Assembly (NCBI GenBank): GCA_964016885.1
Contig: OZ024741.1
Coordinates: 191,766,001 to 191,830,000, forward strand
DNA from: Eledone cirrhosa
Lineage: Eukaryota
Direction: 5' to 3'
DNA length: 64,000 bases
Shown here piece after piece: positions 1 through 13,133 of the stretch (positions are counted from its first letter, which is position 1; the number at the start of each line of letters is the position of its first letter). The position numbers and the translations under genes are program-made. The notes below the pieces were generated by a model. That model was not told where the DNA came from. It did no database searches and saw only the letters and a program-made list of their open reading frames with translations.

Positions 1-639
1 CATAGAGTGCTACAACTGAATGTTCCATACGAAGAGCCAGATATTCATGTCAAAGTTCTTTGTAAATGTAGTCTACTCACAGAACCTGTCAGGGGCCCTA
101 TTAGAACCACGTCTATATAACCCCTGGTAAGCTCTGGGTCAGCGTATGGCTGACTGCATGGCAAAGCTAAATATCTCTAGGGTAGACCAAAAAACATCCC
201 TCACTTACAATGTAATTAATCTATCTATCAAGTTATACATGCATATATAATTCACATACCACTTGTACATAATTCATTGTACTCAACATATAGGTTATAC
301 AGATCTCTTATGTTAATGAATTAATCCTATATTTATCTAATGCTAGCACTCCATGCATATAACAACATTTGCACAAATAATTCATTGTTGAATTCGGTGT
401 TTAAAGTTTACATATAATTATATAGTGATACAATACAGTCTAAGTAATTGAAAGTAATTATACTAAAAGTAGGTGTACATGGGGATATTTCTAGGGTAAA
501 AGGTTATAGATAGATGGAACGGATCGTGTTAAGATAGGGTGGATCAGTGAGTGTGGAGTTGTGGTGTAAGGTGTGCCCTGGAGGTGTAGTGCTAGAAGTG
601 GTGATGGGTTCAAGCCTGACATTGCTATATATTGGGTTT

Positions 640-2800
640 AAAGTTTTGGAAGGAGTGTCGGAAGCGGTGCTGGCATGACGCGAACACTTCCGATTTTTTA
701 TTAAGGAGGTTATGGTTTGAGAAGATAATAGTATGGGTCTCTAGTAGACAGAGGTTACAAAATTTATTAGGTGGTTTGTACGATGCCGCCTTACCTATCA
801 CTTCCCATTTAAGTGTATGAGATCTATTTTTAGTTTTTAGATAGTGTATGTAGCTAGATAGTGAAGTGGAGTTGGCTAGACTGTGTTTTTGAAAGAATGG
901 AGGTGCGAATTGTATCTGGTTTTGAAGCAGTTTGAAGTAGAGCCTATATAGGTTTCAGAAGAGTTGCTAGTTGTGACGGTGCATGAGTAGATGATATCTT
1001 TGATTAAGCATTTTTTATCTAAAGGGCGGGTTCTATTAGATCTACAGTTACAATTATTTTGGATGTTAGCCTGCCGGTTATTATGTTGTGTAGAAGTCTG
1101 GATGATAGTTGTTGCATTATGGTTATGGGGGTTGTCGCTCTCAGCGTTATTGCTTACATTAGTGATATTACTATTATTACTATTGTTATTAGGGTTAGTT
1201 GATATAATGTTATTTTGAAGGTTTACCCCCTGTTGTGTTTTAGTTTGTTGGAAGTAAGAATTAATTTTTCTTTTATTGCTACTAGCTATGTGACGTGGTA
1301 GAGTAGGAGATTTTAATTGTGTTTTTGCTTAAAAATGTATTATTTCTTCTTCTATTTTTGTTTTTTATGTCTGGTGAGATGCTTCCGTTTATGGTATTAT
1401 GGTGACTTCTGTGGTGTGGGTTACGTTTGTTGGCATCCTTCGTATTAGTGTGTGTGTGGTTGCTATTCTTATTACTATTTTTCCTCATGGACATATTGTG
1501 CGAAATAATGTTGTAGCTATGTGTTTTTGTAGGTAGGAACCCGATCTCCTTATTGTGGCCTGATCTAGCTAATGCCTGATTATAATATTGCGAGTGTTTG
1601 CTAAATATGTTTTCGCCATAGGATAGATTAGAGATTCTATTGGATATTCCCTTAGAGATAGAGTTTAATATTGACCTAGGGTGGTTAGACTTGGTATCTA
1701 CGTAAATCAGTTTTTCCTTAGGTTTATGGAATGGTGTATATATCCTTGAGTCTAGGTAGAGGGTGGCGTCTAGGAAGTTAACGTTTTTAGTGTTTTTGTC
1801 TATGGTGATACTTAGGTTATAGTTTTTGAAAGTCTTGTGCAATAGTTTTCTAGTTCTTTCTATATTGAATTTTTTATAGTCTATAAGTAGAAGTGCATCA
1901 TCGCGGTACAAACCACCGTTGAGGTATGGAAGGTCCTTATGGATTTCGTTTAGTAAATATAGGCCGACCAAATCAGTGACCTGCGCCGACTCACGAGATC
2001 CCATGGTTATGTCGAAGTTGTTTTGCGTATCCTTGCGGGTCCATAATTGGTCTTCAAAGGTGATTACAGTTTTACGGGCCGCAAATGACATCAATCTGGG
2101 GTCTAGTCAGGTCACTATTGTTCATGGCCATGATTAGTGCCTTATTTAATAGGATAGGGGAAATAGATGTGTAGTATGAATTGATATCAAATTGAATACA
2201 TTTTTTCTCTTTGTTTTCCTTGATATCTTTGAACCATTCAATAACTTCACTCGTATTTCCCCATTGTTTAAGGTATATCTTGTGTTTAATCTGTGGGATG
2301 ATTTTATCTAAAATTTTCTTACTGATAATGCCAATGTCAGACTTGGAAGGGCAGATTAGTCTAATCGAGGGGTTGCTAATGAAGTCCTGCTTATGGTCCT
2401 TCAGAGAGAATCTAGGGTGTTTGGGGTGTATGGTTGTGTATGTCTCTGAAGTCCTAGTTTGGACACTATATTACAGCCTTCTATATTAATTTCTTCCAAG
2501 TTTTTCATAGTAGTTTTCTTGTAGCTTTTATGTAGTTCATTATATATAAACTTTCTATATGTATTATAATCTAAGCTGTATATGTTATTAGTTTTGTCCG
2601 CATGTACAATAATTTTATTACTTGTTTTGAATTCATTAATAGAGGTGTTAAGTTTGTTTAAGAAGGTGTTGTTTTTATTACGATGCTTTTTGTATTTAAT
2701 GTTCTTAACTAGTTTTATTAGGTCATTTTGAACATAGCTTTGATTCTTGTCAATTCTATATAACTGCTCTGTAGACAACTGATGTTATTACATTGAGCTA
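640..2800 (-). mobile_element. Decayed Penelope-like retroelement (YRDD-type RT + C-terminal GIY-YIG)
   Basis: ORF 1282..2094 has FDITMGS..AQVTDLVGLYLL, GGLYRDD, VNFLDATL, YVDTKSNHP; ORF 2401..2778 has HADKTNNIY; minus strand ~700-1050 reads IIYSCTVT..TYIGSTSNCFKTRYNSH; frameshifted. Confidence 0.9.
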
Positions 2801-2859
2801 TTTATCTTACTGGTAATAAGGTAGTAATAAATTACTGACTTTCACTGTTTAGGGTTTAT

Positions 2860-2906
2860 ACGTATATATATATATATATATATATACGTATATATGTATA
2901 TATATG

Positions 2907-2967
<61 letters not shown>

Positions 2968-3161
2968 GTATATATATATATATATATATACGTATATATA
3001 TATATATATATATATACGTATATATATATATATATATATATATACGTATATATATATATATATATATATATATACGTATATATATATAGATATATACGTA
3101 TATATACGTATATATATATATATATATACGTATATATATATAGATATATACATAGATATAC

Positions 3162-3242
<81 letters not shown>
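2860..3242. repeat. (TA)n microsatellite with interspersed TACGTA
   Basis: Direct reading; source of the YI-repeat ORFs. Confidence 0.95.
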
Positions 3243-3247
<5 letters not shown>

Positions 3248-3531
3248 CATCTTGTTCCTACTGCCACTTTATCCAACATCTTTCTGACTTTTAGATTGGT
3301 TATAGCACACACACATTTTATCTTATTTGAATCTTCATTTTTATTTTTCATTTTTCATTAATTTTTTATTTATTTTCTGTTTTCTTCATTTCATTTTATT
3401 GCCTCCTATTACTTCATATGCATGGCACAGCTGAGTAGCCCAATTAACCCACTCGATATGCAAATTGGGCTACTCAGCCGTTAATATGCATAAGGTAAGT
3501 ATATACGTTCAACAATCTGGCAGGAAGGTAT

Positions 3532-3574
3532 ACGTTGTTGACGATAGCTAATAAGCTTGAAACTAGTACAGCGT
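3532..3574 (+). ncRNA. Minimal type I hammerhead ribozyme (C3U core variant)
   Basis: acgttg-TTGACGA-tagct aata agctt-GAAA-ctag-TA-cagcgt; palindromic stem III. Confidence 0.75.
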
Positions 3575-3954
3575 TCCTTTGTCAGTGTTGAACTAACGAG
3601 CAACGATAGTTGCTAGACATTACGGCTTAATACGGGATGTTTGTTTACAAACACACCGAGCATTATAATAAATGTTCGGGTGAATCCATACGTACATATA
3701 TATATATGAGTGCATGTATGTATATATATATACATACTACTGTACGTCTGTATACATATATGTATGTACGTGTACATACTTATATTTAAGTAACAGCCGT
3801 ACTAAGAGTGGGAAATGAAATTTTGTTTCATTTTTTCCGTTTGTCCTTTTCGGTGCACCCGGCCGATTAACCCACTCGATATGCAAATTGGGCTACTCAG
3901 CCGTTAATATGCATAAGGTAAGTATATACGTTCAACAATCTGGCAGGAAGGTAT

Positions 3955-3997
3955 ACGTTACTGACGATAGCTAATAAGCTTGAAACTAGTACAGCGT
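3955..3997 (+). ncRNA. Minimal type I hammerhead ribozyme
   Basis: acgtta-CTGACGA-tagct aata agctt-GAAA-ctag-TA-cagcgt; core-proximal stem I pair mismatched. Confidence 0.78.
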
Positions 3998-4261
3998 TCC
4001 TTTGTCAGTGTTGAACAAACGAGCAACGATGGTTGCTAGACACTACGTCTTAATACGAGATGTTTGTTTACAAACACACCGAGCATTATAATAAATGTTC
4101 GGTGAATCCATACGTACATATATATATGTGTGCATGTATGTATATATATATACATAGTACTGTACGTCTGTATACATATATGTATGTAAGTGTACATACT
4201 TATATTTAAGTAACAACCGTACTAAGAGTGGGAAATGAATTTCGTTTCATTTTTTCCGTTT

Positions 4262-5082
<821 letters not shown>

Positions 5083-5288
5083 TTGTTATACTTGGGGAGG
5101 GTCATATTTGTGTAATATTGCCAGAATTAATAACAGAACACACTCATTGTTTGGTTGGTTTTCGCTTCTCGCTTCTGTGTCTTTTATATCGGTAATCTAA
5201 CTTACTCGGTCCTCAATGTTGCCATTGACTGACCGACGGTCAAAAATAATACAGATACAATATAGACACAAACACATATATATAGTTT

Positions 5289-5331
5289 ATCATAAATCTT
5301 TCGTTGCACATCTGCAACATCGTCAGTGGTT
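5289..5331 (-). ncRNA. Type I hammerhead in PLE pseudo-LTR (degenerate stems I/III)
   Basis: Minus strand: aacca-CTGACGA-tgttgca gatg tgcaac-GAAA-gatt-TA-tgat; homologue at 44923-44964. Confidence 0.65.
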
Positions 5332-5561
5332 CTATCTTTTCCTCCTGTTGTATTGTATGTCTACACCATTTTTATTCAGTCTGTCTATATATTTATTTAT
5401 TTATTTGCTTGTTTGTTTATTTTATTTTGTCTTCTTTGCGCATGCGTTTGTGTGTGTGTATAGTGTTTTGTTTGCTGTGTGATGGGTGACTAGTGTGTGT
5501 TTATGTGCTTGTTGTTATTGTGCTTGTGTATGTATTTATTTATTTTATTTTATTTACTTAT

Positions 5562-7424
5562 TTATACTTCTCTTAGATCAGTGTTGTTTGTTTGGGTGTT
5601 GTTGTTATTCCATTCATTCTTTCTGTTTAGTCTTGGTCTTCTAATTTCTATTTCACTGGCCTCTCTGATTTGCCTATCTGCTGGGTCATTTCTATGTTTA
5701 GATATTATTCTAATTTCTATGTTGTCTATGTTACCGTCATGTTGTTGTCTGGCATGTTCGTATAGTACTGACCCATTTTTTCGTCCTTTTAGTTCCCCCC
5801 AGTGTTGGTCTATCCTTTCACCTATGCTACGAGCTGTCTCACCTATGTATGTTGTTGTCATGTTTCTGCATGTACCCTCTGTACATCTTATGCTATAGAC
5901 TACGTTTCTAGTTTTACAGTTTATCCGGGGGTTTACCTTACATATGATACATTTCCTATTGGTACAGTGGGTTTTCTTAAAAGGGTAGGTTTTGCTGATC
6001 AGGGATTTTATGGTGGTTCCTGGCTTTTCTACCACCTTAATTTTTAAGTGGGTCTTTCTCAGGGCCTTTCTACACTGGTTAGCTAATTTCCCTCCAGGGG
6101 TAGCGTCCACAAACATGACACTCTGGTATCTCTGGTTGTCGTACCATGAGGTGGCTTTCCCTATCTTATGTCTAGCCCTATCTAAGCTATTCCATGATTT
6201 GCTCCTGTATAATGGGCAAATTCCTTTCATGTCCAATTCTATGAGGGTATTATACTTCTCCATGGCTCCTTCGTATACTCTGACTCTGTCTCTTTGGTTG
6301 TAGCCAGAGAACTGCATGCGGTTGATGAAGTGTTGGATGTGTCTTTCCATTTCTGTTGGGTCGCACATGCGGGACACATTCTTCATCACTCGTACCAAAT
6401 CTGCGATCAGAATATTAAACTTAGCACTACTGGACATTGCTGAGTTTTTGAGTATCAGGTATTTTGAGGCCATGGCTTTAGCATAGTATGAGTGGAGAAT
6501 TTGGGCTCTCTCGTCTATAGTGTTAATCCAGAGTTCTGTGTCTAATACAGGTAGTCTATTGTTAGGGTGTTTGGAAGGGAAGTCGATAGTTACAGTTATA
6601 CTCTGGTGTATGGAATTAGCTATCTGCTGGGTGCTTTCCATCGTGCTACGTTCTAAATCAAACTTGTTAGTGCTCTCTAGTGGGGATGTTCTTATAACTA
6701 TATTGATGTCGTCTACATAACGAGAGTACATGATGAGGTCTATGGAGCTCTCATTAAGGAGATCTTTAAGTCTCCTTTCCCACCATACCATGAAAAGGTT
6801 GGCAACATCACCAGCTATGCTGACGCCAATGGCTGCTCCCTCATTTTGGGTGTAGATCTTCTCGTTGAACTTGAATATGTGGCCCTTTAGGGTAGTTTTG
6901 ATACTAGCCCCTATTGCATGTGCGACCATTTTTCTTACCTGATCATTGTTTTGGGGGGTCCGTATAGCTTTGGTCCACCCAATCCACCTTCCCATGGGAG
7001 TCTTTTGAGCCATTGAGGTTATGGTGGGGGGCCTACCTCTTATAGGTCTACTAGGGCAGAAACGTCTAAGGTCATGGCTGTCTAGGTAGTCAGTGTCGTA
7101 GGTAAGGAGGCCCAGTTCATCTGTGTCGACGTCGCAGAACTCCACCTCATTCTCAATGATCATCTCCACACATCTTTTCACAGCAAAATCAATGTTAATG
7201 GATGGGTACAGTGACACCACATCCATGCTGCTTATTATGCAGTTGGATAGGTTCCTGTTTTTGTTGTTGCACTCACTGATTCTGCTGAGGAGGTCCGCTG
7301 TACTGTCACATACATCTGGGGACATCTTGATTATGTGGCGTATAACCATTGAGAGGAAGTAGATCCTGTAGTTACTAGCTATATTAGCTCCGCATACGGG
7401 TCTTGTTGGTGGTCCTGTTGTCAA
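5562..7424 (-). CDS. PLE reverse transcriptase + GIY-YIG endonuclease (cut at its 5' side by an LTR insertion)
   Basis: SMDVVSLYPSI, EGAAIGVSIAGDVANLFM, YSRYVDD, LPVLDTELW, Cys-rich linker CTNRKCIIC, NVVYSIRC..C..YIGETARSIGERIDQH..H..H. Confidence 0.9.
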   Translation of the reverse strand: MTTGPPTRPVCGANIASNYRIYFLSMVIRHIIKMSPDVCDSTADLLSRISECNNKNRNLSNCIISSMDVVSLYPSINIDFAVKRCVEMIIENEVEFCDVDTDELGLLTYDTDYLDSHDLRRFCPSRPIRGRPPTITSMAQKTPMGRWIGWTKAIRTPQNNDQVRKMVAHAIGASIKTTLKGHIFKFNEKIYTQNEGAAIGVSIAGDVANLFMVWWERRLKDLLNESSIDLIMYSRYVDDINIVIRTSPLESTNKFDLERSTMESTQQIANSIHQSITVTIDFPSKHPNNRLPVLDTELWINTIDERAQILHSYYAKAMASKYLILKNSAMSSSAKFNILIADLVRVMKNVSRMCDPTEMERHIQHFINRMQFSGYNQRDRVRVYEGAMEKYNTLIELDMKGICPLYRSKSWNSLDRARHKIGKATSWYDNQRYQSVMFVDATPGGKLANQCRKALRKTHLKIKVVEKPGTTIKSLISKTYPFKKTHCTNRKCIICKVNPRINCKTRNVVYSIRCTEGTCRNMTTTYIGETARSIGERIDQHWGELKGRKNGSVLYEHARQQHDGNIDNIEIRIISKHRNDPADRQIREASEIEIRRPRLNRKNEWNNNNTQTNNTDLREV

Positions 7425-9926
7425 ACAATGTTTGTTAACTTATATGGTTGAAGTTACAGATAAAAAGAGGTTACAAAAGGGAATATGCCATTGCGCCGAA
7501 AAGCCGGCGAGGCTAGGGTGCAATATCTCACCGTTACATTATGCGTGTTGCTGGTTCGAAGTTTCTGGTACAAGAGAGAGATTCTTCAAATCTTCTCGGG
7601 GAATTTCTTCCTCAGGGCGCGTAGGGATACATCCTCTTCTACTGGCGCTGATTGGCTGAACTGAGCCAAATCACGCACAGAGAATGTATGTGAGCCCGCG
7701 GAATGTAGGTCACTACATCACCTCCGAGCAGATTTTCAGCCGGAAATCGATAACGAAGAAACCAAGGACCCACATATTATTGAATCAGCAAGAACAAATG
7801 CTGAAAGAGCACATCAGTGAAAAAATAATTGAGCAGAAAGATTCATGCAAGAACAAAAAAAATTAGGCGCGACGGGCCGTGTTGAGCCGCTGTCAAATGA
7901 CTAGCGGTTTTGTAGTTTAAACGAGACCCTCAAGGGCCTACCAGAAAACAGATAAAGTCTGACATGGGCGAAGTTGCTGTTCTTGCATTAAATGTTAATG
8001 GTAAGCGTTGTACCAGTAGCTGTGAACGAAGCTATTATGGTAGTTTACCAGTGCTGGCGAGAAAATGATGGCCCCCCAGATGTATTGTCGAATGTGCTGT
8101 GGAGCCAGGAAAAAAATGGCTGGTTGCTTTGTAAAGAAAAAAAAAAGCAAGTTTAATCTGTAGGTGGGTTGCAGTGTAAATTCCATAATTCGGGCGAATC
8201 CACAGAAGTGGCTGAAATACTGACAAGTCCAGTTCAATTTGTTGCTTTCCCAGCGAGTCAGGCAAAAACAACAAGACGGATGGCCGTCATGGACGATCAG
8301 TGTGCAACGAGATGCGAAGCTGTTTGAGTTCAGCTGCAATTAGTATTCTCGTGTTGCGGTGCCTGTTTGAATCCAGTGGATTAAGCTCTGTGAGCTGCTA
8401 GCACGTGACAGCACCCCAACCAGGTGAAAAGGGACTCGCAGAATATTACGTTTGAAGAACATATACCAAGAACAACATGTTGGTGTGTGATAAAAAAATG
8501 TGTGCATATGCAGGCATGTAAAACAGTAAAGAATGTGAATGAACAAAAACCATGAGCAAGCAAATAGCGAAAGAGCACAAAACAAGTAAATGCATTCTAC
8601 AAAGAAATATGTGAATGTAACAAACTGATAATTCAAAGTCAATCCAAGGGAGCAGAGAAATTGCTCAATAAGTTCAAAGTTTTTCAAAGTCAAATAGTTC
8701 ACACATCACCAGTGTACAGACACTAGTTCTATCTGAAAACTGAAAAAGAAGTTTGTTACTGCCGTTAGGGGTTAGATGTATGGTGTTTTTGAGAGTTTTC
8801 GTGGCCATTCTACCGTCTTGCCACCCTGTGTGACATAAGGTTTTGTTGTTAAAGCAAAGTCAATGAATCTTCTGTAGAGTAGCAGTCACCAAACATGGCA
8901 GCCACGTCTGACGCCATAATGGTGAGAAAACTACTGTCTCAATTTCTCGAGTCCCTGTGGTAACGAGACAGAAGGTATGGTGGTTGCGTCGGTAAAGTTT
9001 CAAGCCGTTTTGAAATTTCCAATGTGTGGTGGTTTGCGTCGGTAAGGCTATGAAGCTGCCACTCACTATTCCCTGTTTTGGTCAGTGGTTAAACAATGCT
9101 GTCGTCGTTGTTGATTGTAGACAGGACCTGTCGGTAGCCATTTTGAAATTCCCTCGTGGCGAAAAGTTTTTGAAATACTGCTAATTTTTCAAAAAATTTT
9201 GAAAGGAATATATTGTTTTTTCGCAAGTTGCGAAAAGGTTGGCAACGTGGCAAATAAAAGTTCAACTGAATAAAAAAGAAGGGCTGCGTTAAATTCTTAC
9301 GTCGGTCACCACTTTAGCAGGATGGTTAGTCGTGGTCGCCACTTTAGCAGTATGAAAGTTGAATAGTCGCCACTTTAACAGGGTAGATGATTGAAGGTCG
9401 TTAGTTGCCAGTGTGGTAAGTGATAGTATCCTCGTTGGATTATCTTGTCGACATAGACGTGAGGGAAGGTCCCTCGATCTATTTACCATCTTAGTATTTA
9501 CAATATTCCTTTCGTCAGGTCGCCAATTCCAGCAGCATGGATTATAGATGTTATTGAGACACGAGTAACATAATAATGATTTCTACAGCAGAAATTAGAG
9601 ATGAAATGTATGTTTATTTTTGATGTAGCACAAACAATGTTTGTTAACTTATATGGTTGAAGTTACAGATAAAAAGAGGTTACAAAAGGGAATGTGCCAT
9701 TGCGCCGAAAAGCCGGCGAGGCTAGGGTGCAATATCTCACCGTTACATTATGCGTGTTGCTGGTTCGAAGTTTCTGGTACAAGAGAGAGATTCTTCAAAT
9801 CTTCGCGGGGAATTTCTTCCTCAGGGCGCGTAGGGATACATCCTCTTCTACTGGCGCTGATTGGCTGAACTGAGCCAAATCACGCACAGAGAATGTATGT
9901 GAGCCCGCGGAATGTAGGTCACTATA
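7422..9926 (-). mobile_element. Non-autonomous Gypsy-like LTR element: truncated LTR-A (7422-7717), decayed interior, LTR-A (9312-9926)
   Basis: Near-identical direct repeats starting TGTAGTGACC (TATAGTGACC in the second) on the minus strand; PBS-like TGGTGACCGACGT at 9299-9311; purine-rich segment next to the 3' LTR; no intact internal ORF. Confidence 0.8.
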
Positions 9927-10535
9927 GGATTTTCTCTCTCACATCGTGTGTTTGTTGTGCAATTTCGCTCGTGTTGGTGATGTGGGGTTGCATAGCCTTG
10001 ATGTAGTTCGGCATGCTATATTGACATCCTACCAGACTTATCCGTGGGTAGACATACTACCTCACCATCCCCTGTGCGCTGCTTGAGGCTAACTAAGCCT
10101 TCTACACCTTTCCTCCCAAGTTGTTGGGCCTCTGGTCTGCTCTGTCTCTTAGTATACCTGTCTACTATTTGTCTAATCTTATTTCTAGCTATGGTGAACT
10201 GTGCCTCTGTCTCGTCATCTATTTGTTGTGGTATGCAAACTCTTTTATTAAAGGGTAACCTCGTAGGATAGATATTACCCATCTTATATGTTTTGTCGGC
10301 TGGGTTGAAAAATAGTTTCTCTAAGGGGTTGTCATTATATCTATCGTCATAGTTGTGTGTGCTGCTATTATTGTTATCATGGTGGTTGTTGTTGTTTCTA
10401 TCATTAGCATTATTATTATTGTTATGATTGCTAGATGTATTGTTGTTTACTTCACCGTTATTGTTGTTGTTGTTACTGTTATTTCTACCATTGTGGTTGT
10501 TACTTTTATTATGTTTCTTGTTTTTGTTGTGTCTA

Positions 10536-13133
10536 AAGGAAAGGGATGTTTCTCTTTGTTGAATAAATAAATGAACAATCAAATCTAACAATCATTTTAT
10601 TAAATGCGATAATTTAGTAAATTTCCTACAACGTCAATATTTTGAGGAGCGAATCTTTCCACGTCTGTTCATGTCCGCGGTTCAAAGAGAGTGAGTGAAC
10701 CTGCGTCTGTGTCCGGATGTATTTTTGCCTCCGCTCTCTGAAGGGTTGTTAAGGGGAGGCAACTGCTAGTTGCCAAGCGACCATCTCAGCCACTACATTC
10801 ACCTCGGAGCAGATTTTTGTCGAAAAATCGTTAACAATGAAGCGAAGGTAGTTTACAAAATGTTAGAAGAATGTATCAACAAATTAAAAAAAAATAATAA
10901 ATAGGTTCATGTCTGCAAGCATTAACACAGAAAAAAAAAACGTACAGTAAAAGATGCAAAATGCATGAAAAGATAACACTTCGCAATAAAGGGGCCCCAA
11001 ATGCGATAAACAAGAAAAAAATGTTTTGCTAGGCAATGAAAATGCCATATGTAGCATAGTTATAAAAATGCACTAAAAAAATGGACTGTGTCAGAATTGA
11101 CAACAGTCGTAATGTTACGAAAAATATAATATATTGACACTGCCGTAGGCAGTCAAGAATCAAAAAGTAACAAAATACAATATACAGCAAAAACAATTGG
11201 AAGAAAAAAAAAAAATACAATTCAGTTTATATTACTGCATAGCTTACGGGGCCAATGCACCCTTCGGCCAGAACGGGTCGTAGTTCTGTGTGTTGATGGT
11301 GGTGGGGAGGGGGGGGAGAAATAGGCCTATGTGGCAAAGAAAAAGAAGGGGGCATTTGAGTTTCAAGTGTCATTGTGTCATTGTCCAGGTTTGCTCGTTT
11401 GAGACGATCAATGGAAACCGTTTCCCTGGAACCCCGAATGTCCAGTGTGAAATGTTTGTCTGTGCGAGCAAGCACACGATAGGATCCAGAGTACGGCCGT
11501 TGAAGAGGGGGTCTCACGGCGTCGTCTCTAACGAACACATGTGTCCACAAGGCAATATCCCTTGGGACGGCAGTTTTTACAGTCTACTTCCTAGTGCCCA
11601 TCGGTGGTAGATCCTTGAAATAAGAGTGAAGCCGGGACACGTAGGAAGCGGGGTCCTGCGAAGTCAGGTCAAAAAGGGCCAGCATTTGCCCCGGTAACGC
11701 CAGAGGAGTACCATAAACTAATTCGGCAGAGGAGAACCCAAGATCCACCTTTACCGTCGACCGAATACCCAACAACACAATGGGTAGGTACTCGCTCCAA
11801 CGTGAAGAGTCCATGGAAGCCCTTAAGGAGACTTTGAGCTGCCTGTGGAATCTTTCCACCATTCCGTTTGAGGCTGGGTGGTAAGCCGTGGTTCTTATTC
11901 GAGTAGCCCCCAGGATTAGTACTCGGAAGAGGTTAGACTCAAATTGACGACCACGATCCGTTGTTATGGTGGTTGGTACACCGAAACGAGCGATCCATGA
12001 AGATACGAGAGTACGGGCTGTGGTTTCGGCGGTGATATCTGTTATAGGGACGGCTTCAGGCCAACGCGAAAAACGGTCAACAATCGTCCAAAGATACGAA
12101 AAACCACGACTAACCGGCCACGGGCCGACGATGTCCACATGAATGTGACGAAATCTTGCATCGGGACAGGTGAAGGTTCCGAGAGGAGCCTTAACATGTC
12201 TATGAACTTTCGCTTGTTGGCAAGCGACACAGGAACGACACCAAGCAGCAATGTCACGTCTCATATCAGGCCAGAAAAATCTGGCTGTTATGAGTTTTAC
12301 TGAGGCTGATACTCCTGGGTGAGAAATGCCATGTAAAGCGAGAAACGCAGTTCGTCGATGTTCCACTGGGACCAGAGGTCGTGGTGAGTCCAACGAAACC
12401 TCACACAGTATTTGTCCGTCAGCAGTTGAGATCGGAATGTATTTCAGTTTGCAATGTACAAACTCTGGCGATGTAACATCCAACGATTCGAGAGTGGGTT
12501 GGGCAGCTGCCATTCGATGTAAATCTATCTCCTCGGAAGACGAAATCGATGCGATCGGCAGGCGATGAATAGTCGCCACTTTAACAGGGTAGATGATTGA
12601 AGGTCGTTAGTTGACAGTGTGGTAAAGTGATAGTATCCTCGTTGGATTATCTTGTCGACATAGACGTGAGGGAAGGTCCCTCGATCTATTTACCATCTTT
12701 GTATTTACAATATTCTCTTCGTCAGGTCGCCAATTCCAGCAACATGGATTATAGATGTTATTGAGACACGAGTAACATAATAATGATTTCAACAGCAGAA
12801 ATTAGAGATGAAATGTATGTTTATTTTTGATGTAGTACAAACAATGTTTGTTAACTTATATGGTTGAAGCTACAGATAAAAAGAGGTTACAAAAGGGAAT
12901 GTGCCATTGCGCCGTTAAGCCGGCGAGGCTAGGGTGCAATATCTCACCGTTACATTATACGTGTTGCTGGCTCGAAGTTTCTGGTACAAGAGAGAGATTC
13001 TTCAAACCTTCGCGGGGAATTTCTTCCTCAGGGCGCGTAGGGATACATCCTCTTCTACTGGCGCTGATTGGCTGAACTGAGCCAAATCACGCACAGAGAA
13101 TGTATGTGAGCCCGCGGAATGTAGGTCACTACA
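10536..13133 (-). mobile_element. Chimeric Gypsy LTR element: LTR-B (10536-10797), 3' region, integrase, LTR-A (12566-13133)
   Basis: LTR-B starts TGTAGTGG and its adjacent segment resembles 7718-7770; TGTCTA of the host PLE is duplicated at 10530-10535 and 13134-13139. Confidence 0.75.
11227..12579 (-). pseudogene. Gypsy integrase (HHCC, DDE core, GPY/F-like C-terminus), broken by a stop/frameshift
   Basis: [61 protein letters not shown]; PLQRPYSGSYRVL..VSIDRLK. Confidence 0.93.

Larger units (their letters stand above)
3430..4261 (+). mobile_element. Non-coding 423-bp tandem repeat (~1.9 copies), one HHR per unit, 5' hairpin (retrozyme-like)
   Basis: ATTAACCCACTCGATATG at 3443 and 3866; GCTGAGTAGCCCAATT (3430-3445) is the reverse complement of 3463-3478. 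Confidence 0.85.

Noticed and set aside
120-184. Possible HHR accc-CTGGTAA..TAAA..TA-gggt
   Set aside because: Three or more core changes; not supportable
5562-7424. Selenocysteine recoding as reported for some Naiad PLEs
   Set aside because: No in-frame UGA in this ORF and no SECIS identifiable by eye
7432-7659. 75-aa ORF repeated three times (7432, 9641, 12848)
   Set aside because: Lies antisense within LTR-A; conservation reflects LTR identity
9305-9381. CRISPR-like repeat-spacer pattern
   Set aside because: Only three 16-bp repeats with 14-15 bp spacers, eukaryotic LTR context, no cas genes; reinterpreted as PBS junctions
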